From NCBI GenBank assembly GCA_050257855.1, contig JBLMXQ010000040.1:7059-71058 (forward strand): a DNA stretch of 64,000 nt. Direction: 5' to 3'. Position 1 is the first letter of the stretch; the number at the start of each line of letters is the position of its first letter. The notes beneath the pieces were generated by a model. The model saw nothing but the letters and a program-made list of their open reading frames with translations, made no database searches and was not told where the DNA came from. Both the position numbers and the translations under genes were made by a program. Source of the DNA: Betaproteobacteria bacterium. Lineage in GTDB: Bacteria > Acidobacteriota > Vicinamibacteria > Vicinamibacterales > CAVVIG01. Positions 33,506-42,948 of the stretch are shown here, piece after piece.

Positions 33506-36205
33506 ATGCCCGCCAGCCCCGTGCTCTATCTCATCGACGGCAGTTCGCAGATGTACCGCGCGTACCACGCACCGGTCCGCACGGCCGAAGGCGGACTGCT
33601 GCGCAATGCGCAGGGCCGGCCGACGAACGCCGTCTACATCTTCGTCACGATGCTGCGGAAGCTGCTCAACGAGCACCGGCCCGCGTACATCGCCGCCTCC
33701 TTCGATCTGCCCGGCCGCACGTTCCGGGACGAGCTGTCGGCCGAGTACAAGGCCAATCGCGCGCCGATGCCGGACGAGCTCGCCGAGCAGATTCCGATGG
33801 TGCACGCCGCCTGCGAGGCGCTCGGCGTGCCGATCCTCACCTCCGAGCGCTACGAAGCCGACGACGTGATCGGCACGCTGGCGACGCAGGCGGCGGCTCA
33901 GGGATTCACGGTCGTGATCGTCACGGGCGACAAGGATTTCTTCCAGCTGGTGCACGACGGGATTCGCGTGTTCAACCCGCGCGACGAGGGCATCTGGTAC
34001 GACGCGGCGGGCGTCGTCGAGAAATTCGGCGTCGCACCCGGGCACGTCGTCGACGTCCTGGCGCTGATGGGCGACACGATCGACAACATCAGGGGCGTGC
34101 CGGGCATCGGCGAGAAGGGCGCCCGCGAGCTCGTCGCGAAGTACGGCGACCTCGAGAATCTGATCGCGCACGCCGCCGAAATCCCGCAGAAGCGGTATCG
34201 CGAGGCGCTCGCCGCCCACGCGGAGGAGGCGCGCCAGAGCCGCGAGCTCGCCCGCATCCGCACCGACGTGCCGGTCACGTTCGATCCGGAGGCACTGCGC
34301 TACCGGGGCGCCACGCGCGAGCGGTGCTTCGAGATCTTCTCGGAGCTGGGATTCCGGACGCTCGTGACGGAGTACGCCCCCACCGCCGGGACCGTCAGCA
34401 AGAGCTACCGGGTCGTGAACACGCCCGAGGCGCTCGCCGCGCTGACCGCCCGGCTCGCCGCCGCGCCGCGATTCGCGCTGCGCGTCATCGCCGACCGGCC
34501 GACCGCGATGCTGGCCGGCGTGGTCGGCCTGTCGTTCTCGACCGCGCCCCGCGAGGCCGACTACATCCCGACCGGCCACCGCGCGCTCGGCGAAGTCTCC
34601 TGCGTGCCGCTCCGGCAGGCGCTCGACGCGGTGCGGCCGGTCCTCGAGAACGCGGCGGTCGGCAAGATCGGACACGACCTCAAGTTCGACGCCATCGTGC
34701 TGGCGCGCCACGGCGTGGCCCTCAGCGGCCTCGATCTCGACACGATGATCGCCAGCTACCTGCTCGACGCCACCCGATCCACGCACCGTCTCGAAGACCT
34801 CGCGCTCGAGCACACCAGCTACAAGGCGCTCAGCGAGGAAGACGTCTGCGGCCGCGGCGTCAAGGCCGTGTCGCTCGCCGAGCTGCCGCCCGAGGCGGTC
34901 CTCGACTACGCCGCCGAGCGCTCGGACATCGCGGGCCAGCTCGCGCCCGTTTTCGAGCAGCTGCTGGACCGCGAAGAGGTCGCCGCCGTCTACCGGGACA
35001 TCGAGCGGCCGCTCATCCCCGTTCTCGTCGACGTGGAGCGCGCCGGGGTCAGGCTCGACGCTCCCGCGCTCGCGGCGCAGTCGCAGGCCGTGCAGCAGGA
35101 GCTGACGCGCCGCACGGCCGAGATCTACGCGCTGGCGGGCGGGGAGTTCAACATCAACTCGCCCAAGCAGCTCGCCGAGATCCTGTTCGACAAGCTGAAG
35201 CTGCCGGTCATCAGGCGCACGGGCGGCACGAAGACGGCGTCCACCGCCGTCGAGGTACTCGAAGAGCTCGCGCTGGCGCACGACCTGCCGCGGATGATTC
35301 TCGAATGGCGCGCCCTGACGAAGCTGAAGGGCACCTACATCGACGCGCTCCCGCAGCTCGTGAACCCGGAGACCGGCCGCGTGCACACCTGCTTCAACCA
35401 GGCCGTGGCGGCGACGGGACGGCTGAGCAGCAGCGACCCGAACCTCCAGAACATCCCGATCCGCACCGACCTCGGCCGCGAGATTCGGCGCGCGTTCGTC
35501 GCCGAACCGGGGCACCTGCTGATTTCGGCCGACTACTCGCAGATCGAACTGCGCGTCCTGGCGCACCTCGCGGAGGACGAAGCGCTCATCGAAGCGTTCC
35601 GCGGCGGAGAAGACATCCACGACCGGACCGCGCTGCAGGTGTTCGGCCCCGACAGCAGCCTCTCGAAGCGCGAGCTCCGCCGGCGCGCGAAGATCATCAA
35701 CTACGCGCTGCTGTACGGGAAGACGCCGTTCACGCTGGCGAAGGACATCGGCGTCACGCCCCAGGCGGCGCAGGCGTTCATCGACGCCTACTTCGCCGGC
35801 TTCCCGCGGGTGCGCGCGTTCATCGACCGCACGCTCGAGGAGGCCCGCTCCACGGGCGTCGTGAAGACGATGTACGGGCGGCGGCGCCTGGTGCCCGACC
35901 TGAACAGCCGGAACGGACAGATGCGGGCGGCCGCCGAGCGCGTGGCGATCAACCTGCCGATTCAGGGCACGGCCGCCGACATCATGAAGCGCGCGATGAT
36001 CGACGTGCACGCCGCGCTCGCGGGGCGTCCCGACGCGCGGATGATTCTCACCGTGCACGACGAGCTGCTGTTCGAGGTCCGCCGCGAGGCCGCCGACGAG
36101 ATCGCCGCGCTCGTGCGCGACCGGATGCAGTCGGCGGCCGACCTTCACGTGCCGCTCACCGTCGACGTCGGCATCGGCGGGAACTGGAAGGACGCGAAGC
36201 CGTAG
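33506..36205 (+). CDS. polA: DNA polymerase I
   Basis: Full three-domain PolA: the 5'-nuclease (LIDGSSQMYRAYHA...TGDKDFFQL), the 3'-5' exo-like middle, and pol motifs A (LISADYSQIELRVLAH), B (RRRAKIINYALLYG) and C (LTVHDELLFE). Confidence 0.97.
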   Translation: MPASPVLYLIDGSSQMYRAYHAPVRTAEGGLLRNAQGRPTNAVYIFVTMLRKLLNEHRPAYIAASFDLPGRTFRDELSAEYKANRAPMPDELAEQIPMVHAACEALGVPILTSERYEADDVIGTLATQAAAQGFTVVIVTGDKDFFQLVHDGIRVFNPRDEGIWYDAAGVVEKFGVAPGHVVDVLALMGDTIDNIRGVPGIGEKGARELVAKYGDLENLIAHAAEIPQKRYREALAAHAEEARQSRELARIRTDVPVTFDPEALRYRGATRERCFEIFSELGFRTLVTEYAPTAGTVSKSYRVVNTPEALAALTARLAAAPRFALRVIADRPTAMLAGVVGLSFSTAPREADYIPTGHRALGEVSCVPLRQALDAVRPVLENAAVGKIGHDLKFDAIVLARHGVALSGLDLDTMIASYLLDATRSTHRLEDLALEHTSYKALSEEDVCGRGVKAVSLAELPPEAVLDYAAERSDIAGQLAPVFEQLLDREEVAAVYRDIERPLIPVLVDVERAGVRLDAPALAAQSQAVQQELTRRTAEIYALAGGEFNINSPKQLAEILFDKLKLPVIRRTGGTKTASTAVEVLEELALAHDLPRMILEWRALTKLKGTYIDALPQLVNPETGRVHTCFNQAVAATGRLSSSDPNLQNIPIRTDLGREIRRAFVAEPGHLLISADYSQIELRVLAHLAEDEALIEAFRGGEDIHDRTALQVFGPDSSLSKRELRRRAKIINYALLYGKTPFTLAKDIGVTPQAAQAFIDAYFAGFPRVRAFIDRTLEEARSTGVVKTMYGRRRLVPDLNSRNGQMRAAAERVAINLPIQGTAADIMKRAMIDVHAALAGRPDARMILTVHDELLFEVRREAADEIAALVRDRMQSAADLHVPLTVDVGIGGNWKDAKP

Positions 36206-36208
36206 CGG

Positions 36209-37000
36209 CTACTTCGACCACTGTTCCTTGAACTGATCCCAGGCCGCGACCAGCGCGTCAGCCGGCTGCGCGAGCGCCTTGGCGCGATCGGGAATGATCG
36301 CGCGCCTGACGAGGCGGTCGAGATCAGCGCGCAGCGCGGCGCCGTGATCGGGCGCGAGCGTGGCGCGCACCCACCCGGCCTTCGCCGATTCCCACGCGCC
36401 CTGCAGGTCGCCGGCGCCTCGCGCGGCGGCGGCAATCCAGTACGCGGCCGCGCCGCTGCCGGGGTGCACGAGCAGTTCCGCCCGCATGCGATCCCGGATG
36501 CGCTGGTACACCGCCTGTCGGTCGAGGTCCGGCCGCGGCGCGGCATCCCGCTCCAGAGCGCTCGCCCACCAGTCGAGCACGCGCTCGCGGTCAGGAACGT
36601 CGACCGGTCCGTCGACGACGGTGCGGAAGGTGTCGGCCGCCGCACCGTAGTCACGCTCGTAGTACAGCGCCTCGCCAAAGCCGACGATGAGCTCGGAGCG
36701 CTCGCGGTCCGTGAAGCGCTGCGGATCGAGGCGCCGCAGCCGGATGCGGGCGCTCGACAGATCATCGTCCGAGGCGCTCTCGCGATATTTCTCGAGAAAC
36801 GCGCGCGCCGCGACCAGGTCGGCCCGGTCCGCGAGCGCCGGCTGGCGGCGCGCTTCGTCCGCCGCGCTGATCGCGGCCTGATAGTGCGCCTGGTTGTACA
36901 GCTCGCGCGCGCGGCTGAGCGCATCCCACTCGTCGCCGGCGGCCGGACGCACGGCCGCGACCAGTCCAAGCAGGACGAGGACAGAGCGCCACCGTTTCAT
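36209..37000 (-). CDS. Secreted all-helical hypothetical protein (TPR-like)
   Basis: ATG 37000 gives the MKRWRSVLVLLGLVAAVRPAAG signal. The rest is Ala/Arg/Asp-rich and helical. No recognised catalytic motif. Confidence 0.6.
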   Translation of the reverse strand: MKRWRSVLVLLGLVAAVRPAAGDEWDALSRARELYNQAHYQAAISAADEARRQPALADRADLVAARAFLEKYRESASDDDLSSARIRLRRLDPQRFTDRERSELIVGFGEALYYERDYGAAADTFRTVVDGPVDVPDRERVLDWWASALERDAAPRPDLDRQAVYQRIRDRMRAELLVHPGSGAAAYWIAAAARGAGDLQGAWESAKAGWVRATLAPDHGAALRADLDRLVRRAIIPDRAKALAQPADALVAAWDQFKEQWSK

Positions 37001-37077
37001 GCCGCGATGGTAGCATAGCCGGTTGATCACGCTAAGCGCCTGTAAACAGGGCCCTTATGCGGCGCCTTCGGCGCATT

Positions 37078-37086
37078 TGGTACAAT
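37078..37086 (+). promoter_or_regulatory. Extended -10 candidate (TGgTACAAT) for pcnB, near-leaderless
   Basis: TGGTACAAT ends 8 nt before ATG 37095, with no Shine-Dalgarno sequence in between. Confidence 0.4.
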
Positions 37087-37094
37087 GCCGTGCG

Positions 37095-38417
37095 ATGGTC
37101 GAACCGAGGGTCATCCCGCGCGCGGAGCACTCAGTGTCGCGGCGCGACATCGATCCGGACGCGCTGAAGGTGCTCTACCGACTGCGCCAGTTCGACCACA
37201 TCGCCTATCTGGTGGGCGGCAGCGTGCGCGATCTGCTGCTCGGGCGTCGGCCGAAGGACTTCGACATCGGCACCTCGGCCCATCCCTACCAGGTCAAGAA
37301 GCTGTTCCGGAACTGCTGGATCATCGGGCGGCGCTTCCGGCTCGCGCACGTGAAGTTCGGTCCGAAGACGGTCGAGGTCGCCACGTTCCGGCGCCAGGTG
37401 CAGCCGGGCGAGGAAGTGGTGCAGGACGGCGTGCCGGCGCCCGACCCGACCGAGCCGGCCGGCGAGCTGCTGATTCATCGCGACAACACGTTCGGCACGC
37501 CGGAAGAGGACGCCTTCCGGCGCGACTTCACCATCAACGCGCTGTTCTACGACATCGCGACGTTTTCGATCATCGACTACGTCGGCGGCCTCGAGGATCT
37601 ACGCGCCGGCATCGTGCGCTCGATCGGCGATCCCGACGTGCGCTTCCGCGAAGATCCGGTGCGCATGATGCGTGCGGTCGCGCTCGCGGCGCGGCTCGGT
37701 TTCACCATCGACGAGCCGGTCGTCGAGGCCATCGGCCGGCACCGGCACGAAATCGCGGCCAGCTCGCCGCCGCGCCTGCTCGAGGAGTACTACAAGATCC
37801 TGCGCTCCGGCGCGGCCGAACGGACCTTCCGCGCGCTGGCCGCGGCGGGCCTGCTCGAACCGATTTCGACGGAGCTGCACGAAGGGGCGGCCGATCCCCT
37901 CTGGCGGGCGCTCGCCGAGATCGATGCATACCGCGGGCGGTTCGAGACGATACCCGAGACGCTGACGAACCCGATCCTGCTCGGCACGCTGCTCGTGCCG
38001 CTCGGACTGCGGCCGCACGACGGGCATCGCGAACCGGCGCGGCCGCGACCGGAGGATGGAACGGCGGAGGGCGCGCGTCGGCCGGGGCCCCGGCTCGGCG
38101 AGCTGCCGCTCGCGCGCCGCGACGTCGAGCGGCTCCGTCAGCTGCTCGGACTCCAGCGGCGGCTGCGCGAGGTCGGGGCCGGCCAGCGGGCGCAGCGCGG
38201 GCTCGTGCATCGCAGCAGCTTCCGCGACGCGCTCACCTGGCTCGAGATCCATGGGGGCGCGGCCGATGTCACGGAGCACTGGGCGGCGCTCGCCGCCTCC
38301 GGCGCGCCGGCCGAGGCGGCCGAGGCGGCCGGCCAGCCTCCTCCCGGACCGCGCCGGCGCCGTCGTCGCAGGAGGCGCCGCGGCCCGCGCAAGGATCACC
38401 CCACCACGGAGCAGTAG
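37095..38417 (+). CDS. pcnB: Poly(A) polymerase I / CCA-adding-enzyme-family nucleotidyltransferase
   Basis: LVGGSVRDLLLGRRPKDFDIGT (GG...DxD nucleotidyltransferase motif), RRDFTINALFYD, EDPVRMMRAVALAARLGF, and a poly-Arg basic C-terminal tail. Confidence 0.85.
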   Translation: MVEPRVIPRAEHSVSRRDIDPDALKVLYRLRQFDHIAYLVGGSVRDLLLGRRPKDFDIGTSAHPYQVKKLFRNCWIIGRRFRLAHVKFGPKTVEVATFRRQVQPGEEVVQDGVPAPDPTEPAGELLIHRDNTFGTPEEDAFRRDFTINALFYDIATFSIIDYVGGLEDLRAGIVRSIGDPDVRFREDPVRMMRAVALAARLGFTIDEPVVEAIGRHRHEIAASSPPRLLEEYYKILRSGAAERTFRALAAAGLLEPISTELHEGAADPLWRALAEIDAYRGRFETIPETLTNPILLGTLLVPLGLRPHDGHREPARPRPEDGTAEGARRPGPRLGELPLARRDVERLRQLLGLQRRLREVGAGQRAQRGLVHRSSFRDALTWLEIHGGAADVTEHWAALAASGAPAEAAEAAGQPPPGPRRRRRRRRRRGPRKDHPTTEQ

Positions 38418-38441
38418 GGCGACGCTCTCAGGACCGCGCGA

Positions 38442-39200
38442 TCACGCCGCGGCGCTTTCGGCGATCGTCTTGTACGGCTTGGCGAGCTTGAGGGCGATCA
38501 GCAGCTTGATCAGCGGCCACGCCGGATCGATTTCGCTGGCGCGGAAGCTGAACTTCGGCGAGCGCGGGTACCCGTGGTGGTTGTTGTGCAGGCCCTCGCC
38601 GCCCGTCAGAAGGGCGATGAAACGGATGTTGGTCGCGGTGTTGTCGAAGTTCCTGTAGCCGACCTGATGGCAGAGGCCGTTGATCGACGAGGAGAGGACG
38701 AAGACGTACATCACGGCGTGAATCGCCGCGGCCAGAAGTCCCCACCAGAGGCCGAGCAGGGCGCAGAGGCCGACGATCCCGATCGCCAGTCCGAGCACGC
38801 CGTGGACGAACACATGACGGTCCCACCATCCTTCGTCGATATCGCGCGCGTAGCGCTCGATCACGTCCGGATTCTTGAGCTCGCGCAAGTAGTAGAACAC
38901 GTTCCCGAGCTGGACCTGCCAGAACCCTTCCAGCTTGGGGCTGTGCGGGTCGCCTTCTTCGTCGGTGAAGGCGTGGTGCTTGCGGTGCACGGCCACCCAT
39001 TCCTTCGTGGACAGCCCCGTAGTCAGCCAGAGCGCGAACTTGAACATCCAGGCGACCCGCGGGTCGAGCGCCAGCGCCTTGTGCGTGGCCGTTCGATGCA
39101 GGTAGATGGTGGTGCTGAACACGGCAACCTGGATGACGATGGCCGAGACGATGAGCGTCAGTACGAGCGGGAAAAGCACTACGCTACCCTCCGAAAACAC
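38442..39200 (-). CDS. Membrane fatty-acid (acyl-CoA/lipid delta-9-type) desaturase
   Basis: GTG start. Three His boxes HRTATH, HRKHH and HNNHH with TM segments. A candidate -10 TATAAT lies on the minus strand at 39247-39242. Confidence 0.85.
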   Translation of the reverse strand: MFSEGSVVLFPLVLTLIVSAIVIQVAVFSTTIYLHRTATHKALALDPRVAWMFKFALWLTTGLSTKEWVAVHRKHHAFTDEEGDPHSPKLEGFWQVQLGNVFYYLRELKNPDVIERYARDIDEGWWDRHVFVHGVLGLAIGIVGLCALLGLWWGLLAAAIHAVMYVFVLSSSINGLCHQVGYRNFDNTATNIRFIALLTGGEGLHNNHHGYPRSPKFSFRASEIDPAWPLIKLLIALKLAKPYKTIAESAAA

Positions 39201-39258
39201 TTGCCTGAAAAACCGTGACCGAGGGGAGGCCGAAACCCCAGATTATATCACGAATTCC

Positions 39259-40359
39259 TTATCCCCCGGTCCGCTCGAACTCCTTCATGAACGCGACGAG
39301 CGCGTCCACGCCGTCCTCCGGAAACGCGTTGTAGATGGACGCGCGGATGCCGCCGACCGACCGGTGCCCCTTCAGGCCGTCGAGTCCGGCCTTCGTCGCG
39401 TCGGCGACGAACCGTTTTTCGAGCTCCTCGCTCGGAAGCCGGAACGTGACGTTCATCAGGGAGCGGCAGTCCTTGTTCGCCGTGCCGCGGTAGAAGCCGG
39501 ACCGGTCGATTTCGGCATACAACTTCGCGGCCTTGCGCTCGTTGACACTCGCCGCCGCCTCGAGGCCGCCGTGCGCGCGCAGCCACTTCATGACGAGCCC
39601 GAGCGTGTAGACGGCGAAGGCCGGCGGCGTGTTGTAGAGCGATCCGTTTTCCGCGTGGACCGCGTAGTCGAGCATCGTCGGGAGCGACGCTCTCTTCCCG
39701 GCCGACCGCGGCAGCAAATCGTCCCTGATGATGACGAGCGTGACGCCGGCCGGCCCGAGGTTCTTCTGAGCGCCTGCGTAGATGAGCGCGTGCCGCGCGA
39801 CGTCGATCGGCCGGCTGAACATGTCCGACGAGGTGTCGCTGACGAGCGGCGCTTCTCCGACGTCCGGAAGCCGCTTGTACTCGGTGCCTTCGATCGTGTT
39901 GTTCGACGTCATGTGCACGTACGCGGCGCCGGGCGTGAGCTTCAGCTCCGACTGTGCGGGAATGCGTGAATAGCCCTCGGATCTGGTCGACGCGGCGACG
40001 TTCACGGTGCCGACCTTCTTCGCTTCCTTGATCGCCTTGTCCGCCCACGTACCCGTGTCGATGTAGTCTGCCGTCGCGCCGGGGCCGAGCAGGTTCATCG
40101 GGACCATGGAGAACTGCAGGCTGGCTCCTCCCTGAAGGAACAGCACCTTGTAGCCGGCCGGGATGTTCGCCAGCGCGCGGATGTCCTCCTCGGCCTGCCC
40201 GAGGATGGACTCGAACGGCTTCGAGCGGTGGCTGATCTCGAGGACGGACATGCCGACGCCCGGCAGCGCCAGCAGGTCGCGCTGGATCTCCTCGAGCACG
40301 GGCAGCGGCAGGACGGCGGGTCCGGCGGCGAAGTTGTAGACGCGATGGACTATCGGCAT
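39259..40359 (-). CDS. serC: Phosphoserine aminotransferase
   Basis: ATG 40359 gives MPIVHRVYNFAAGPAVLPLPVLEEIQRDL...ISHRSKPF...GAQKNLGPAGVT...GGIRASIYNA, the canonical SerC sequence. The upstream part of track ORF 39259..41217 is a shadow of serA. Confidence 0.93.
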   Translation of the reverse strand: MPIVHRVYNFAAGPAVLPLPVLEEIQRDLLALPGVGMSVLEISHRSKPFESILGQAEEDIRALANIPAGYKVLFLQGGASLQFSMVPMNLLGPGATADYIDTGTWADKAIKEAKKVGTVNVAASTRSEGYSRIPAQSELKLTPGAAYVHMTSNNTIEGTEYKRLPDVGEAPLVSDTSSDMFSRPIDVARHALIYAGAQKNLGPAGVTLVIIRDDLLPRSAGKRASLPTMLDYAVHAENGSLYNTPPAFAVYTLGLVMKWLRAHGGLEAAASVNERKAAKLYAEIDRSGFYRGTANKDCRSLMNVTFRLPSEELEKRFVADATKAGLDGLKGHRSVGGIRASIYNAFPEDGVDALVAFMKEFERTGG

Positions 40360-40382
40360 GGCGTGGGGTCCTCGAGGCGCGC

Positions 40383-41594
40383 TCAGATGTTCACGAGATG
40401 CAGATCGATGATGTCCGGACTGCCGTCCTTCATCTGGTGGAGCACGTCGGCGGACGGCTCGCCGTCGACGTTGATCCGCGCGACGGCCGCCTGGGCGCCG
40501 TCGAAGATGATGTTCTCCGTCTCCTGCACGTTGATTGCGCCGGCGCGCAGGCACGCGAAGACATGCGCCAGCACGCCCGGCCGATCGCGGTGACGGACGA
40601 CGAGCATGTGCGTCGCCGGCGTCTTCTTCGCGAGGTTCACGACGTTCGGCACGCGTCCGGAGTCCTTGTAGGCGGTGATGATGCGGACCGTCTCGGCCGC
40701 GATCGCCTCCTGGGCCTGATCCGTCGAGGCGCCGATGTGGTGCGTGCCGTAGACCTCCGGCATCGACACGAGGGCGTCGGAGAACTCGCCGGCGCCGGCG
40801 GCCGGTTCGGCGGCGAACACGTCGAGGCCGACGCGGAGCCGGCGCTCGCGGACGGCGCGCTCGAGCGCCGCGTAGTCGACGACCTCGGCGCGGGCCGTGT
40901 TGACGAAGCAGGATCCGGGCCTCAGCCGATCGAGCACGGAAGCGTTCACGAGGCCGCGCGTGTCGGCGTTGAGCGCGAGGTGAACGCTCAGGACGTCGGC
41001 GCGGTCGGCGACCTCCGCCGGCGACGCCGCGATGGTCATCGGCACCTCGTCCGGGGCCGGCGCGCCTCCCGCCGAGAACCGGCGGCTCCAGACGACCAGC
41101 GGCATGCCGAAGGCGTGCGCGCGGCGGGCCACCTCCTGGCCGATGTTGCCGTAGCCGAGCAGCCCCAGCGTGCGCCCGTACAGTCCGCGCGCCTTCGCGT
41201 ACTCCTTCTTGTTCCATCGCCCGGCTCGCAGATCTGCGACGTTGTCGGGCACGCGGCGATCGAGCGCGAGGATCAGCGCAAACGTCAGCTCCGCGACCGC
41301 GATGGCGTTCTTGCCGGGGCAGTTCGAGACGTAGATCCCGCGCCGCGACGCCGTGGCCACGTCGATGGTGTTGTAGCCGGCGCCGGCGCGAACGACGAGC
41401 GAGAGCGAGCCCCCTTCGAGCATCGCGCCGGTGACCGTCGTGCCGCGGACGACGAGCACATCGGCGGCGGAGACGCGAATCGCATGCTGCAGCGCCTCGT
41501 CCTTGAGATCCGGCTGATAGACGACGTCACACCCCGCGGCCTTCAGGCCGTCGAGGCCGCTCTGTTCGAACTTGTCGGCGACGAGTATGCGCAT
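40383..41594 (-). CDS. serA: D-3-phosphoglycerate dehydrogenase (with C-terminal ACT-like domain)
   Basis: MRILVADKF..., NAD-binding GLLGYGNIGQEVARRA, catalytic region HIGAST, and a C-terminal regulatory domain. Adjacent to serC. Confidence 0.9.
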   Translation of the reverse strand: MRILVADKFEQSGLDGLKAAGCDVVYQPDLKDEALQHAIRVSAADVLVVRGTTVTGAMLEGGSLSLVVRAGAGYNTIDVATASRRGIYVSNCPGKNAIAVAELTFALILALDRRVPDNVADLRAGRWNKKEYAKARGLYGRTLGLLGYGNIGQEVARRAHAFGMPLVVWSRRFSAGGAPAPDEVPMTIAASPAEVADRADVLSVHLALNADTRGLVNASVLDRLRPGSCFVNTARAEVVDYAALERAVRERRLRVGLDVFAAEPAAGAGEFSDALVSMPEVYGTHHIGASTDQAQEAIAAETVRIITAYKDSGRVPNVVNLAKKTPATHMLVVRHRDRPGVLAHVFACLRAGAINVQETENIIFDGAQAAVARINVDGEPSADVLHQMKDGSPDIIDLHLVNI

Positions 41595-41646
41595 CTCTCG
41601 GTTTGACGCCTCGCTTCGGATCCTGATGTCCTCGGCCCGGCCTGGA

Positions 41647-42879
41647 TCAGATCACATGGATCAGCAGCCCGTCCCTCAGCTTCGGCTCGAACCACGTGCT
41701 CTTGGGCGGCATGATCGCGCCGGCGTCGGACACCTTCATCAGGTCCGCGACGCTGACCGGGTACATCGAGAACGCCACCGCCGCCCGACCGCCGGCGACC
41801 AGCGCCTCCAGGGCCGCGGGGCCGCGAATGCCTCCGACGAAGTCGATCCGTTTGTCGGTCCGGACGTCCGCAACCTTGAGCACCGGCGCGAGGAGCTGCT
41901 CCTGCAGGATGCTGACGTCCAGCGACCCGATGGGATCGCCCGCGCCCGGGCCGCTCCGCGGCCGAAGCGTGTGCCAGCTGCCGCGAAAGTACATCGAAAT
42001 CTCGCCCCGGCGCACGGGGGACGCGGGGCCGGGCCCGACGTCGAACCGCTCGCGGACCGCCTGCAGGAACGCCTCGGGCGTCAGCCCCGCGAGGTCCTTC
42101 ACGATCCTGTTGTACGGCAGGACCTGCATCTGATCGTGCGGGAACGCGACGCCAAGCATCGTCGCGTACCCCGCGCCGTCGCCAAGCGGATCGGACGGCG
42201 CGCCGCGAGCCGCCAGCTCGGTGCGCGCGCGTGCGGCGCTCGCGGCGCGGTGGTGCCCATCCGCGATGTAAAGGGCCGGAATGCGCCCGAACGCCTGCAC
42301 GAGCCGCTTCCGGTCGCCTGCTCCGGCGCGCCAGATCGTGTGGCGCACGCCGTCGGCGGCCTCGAAATCGTACAACGGCGCGCCGGCAGCGGCCTGGCGG
42401 GCGACCTCGTCGATATCGCCCGATGCCCGGTAGGTCAGGAAGACGGGACCAGTCTGGGCGCCGAGCGCAATCATGTGCTGCGTGCGGTCGTCTTCCTTGT
42501 CGCGACGCGTGCGCTCGTGCTTCCTGATGACGTCCGAGTCGTACTCCGCCAGCGAATAGCAGGCGGCGAGCCCGGTCTGCTCGTGCGCGGCCATGCGCAG
42601 CCGGTAGAAGTACACGCTCGGCTCGTCCTCGAGGACGAGCGTGGTCTCCCTCAGGCGTGCGAAGTTCCGCCGCGCCCGCTCGTAGACCTCTGGCGCGTAG
42701 GGATCGATGCCGGCCGGCAGATCGATCTCCGCGCGCGAGACGTGAAGAAAGCTCAACGGATTGTCTGCAGCGAGCGCCCGCGCTTCGTCTGCGGTCACGA
42801 CGTCGTACGGAACGGCTGAGACCCGCGCGGCGTCGGCCGGCCCCGGCCGGAGCGCGCGAAACGGGTGAAGCGTGGCCAT
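41647..42879 (-). CDS. DUF1015 domain-containing protein
   Basis: MATLHPFRALRPGP...VPYDVV...LYIADGHHR are hallmark DUF1015 motifs. The common serA/serC neighbourhood also fits. Confidence 0.88.
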   Translation of the reverse strand: MATLHPFRALRPGPADAARVSAVPYDVVTADEARALAADNPLSFLHVSRAEIDLPAGIDPYAPEVYERARRNFARLRETTLVLEDEPSVYFYRLRMAAHEQTGLAACYSLAEYDSDVIRKHERTRRDKEDDRTQHMIALGAQTGPVFLTYRASGDIDEVARQAAAGAPLYDFEAADGVRHTIWRAGAGDRKRLVQAFGRIPALYIADGHHRAASAARARTELAARGAPSDPLGDGAGYATMLGVAFPHDQMQVLPYNRIVKDLAGLTPEAFLQAVRERFDVGPGPASPVRRGEISMYFRGSWHTLRPRSGPGAGDPIGSLDVSILQEQLLAPVLKVADVRTDKRIDFVGGIRGPAALEALVAGGRAAVAFSMYPVSVADLMKVSDAGAIMPPKSTWFEPKLRDGLLIHVI

Positions 42880-42948
42880 GAAGTGGAATTATGTCGTACC
42901 CGGGCCGGCGGTCGAACGGCGATGGCGGAGGTCGGACGCGGAGCGGGT

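Noticed and set aside
38300-38417. The poly-arginine C-terminal tail of PcnB (ten consecutive Arg) as an anomaly or frameshift product.
   Set aside because: Highly basic C-terminal tails are typical of poly(A) polymerase I proteins. The frame is continuous with the well-conserved catalytic region, and repeated CGN codons are expected at this GC content.
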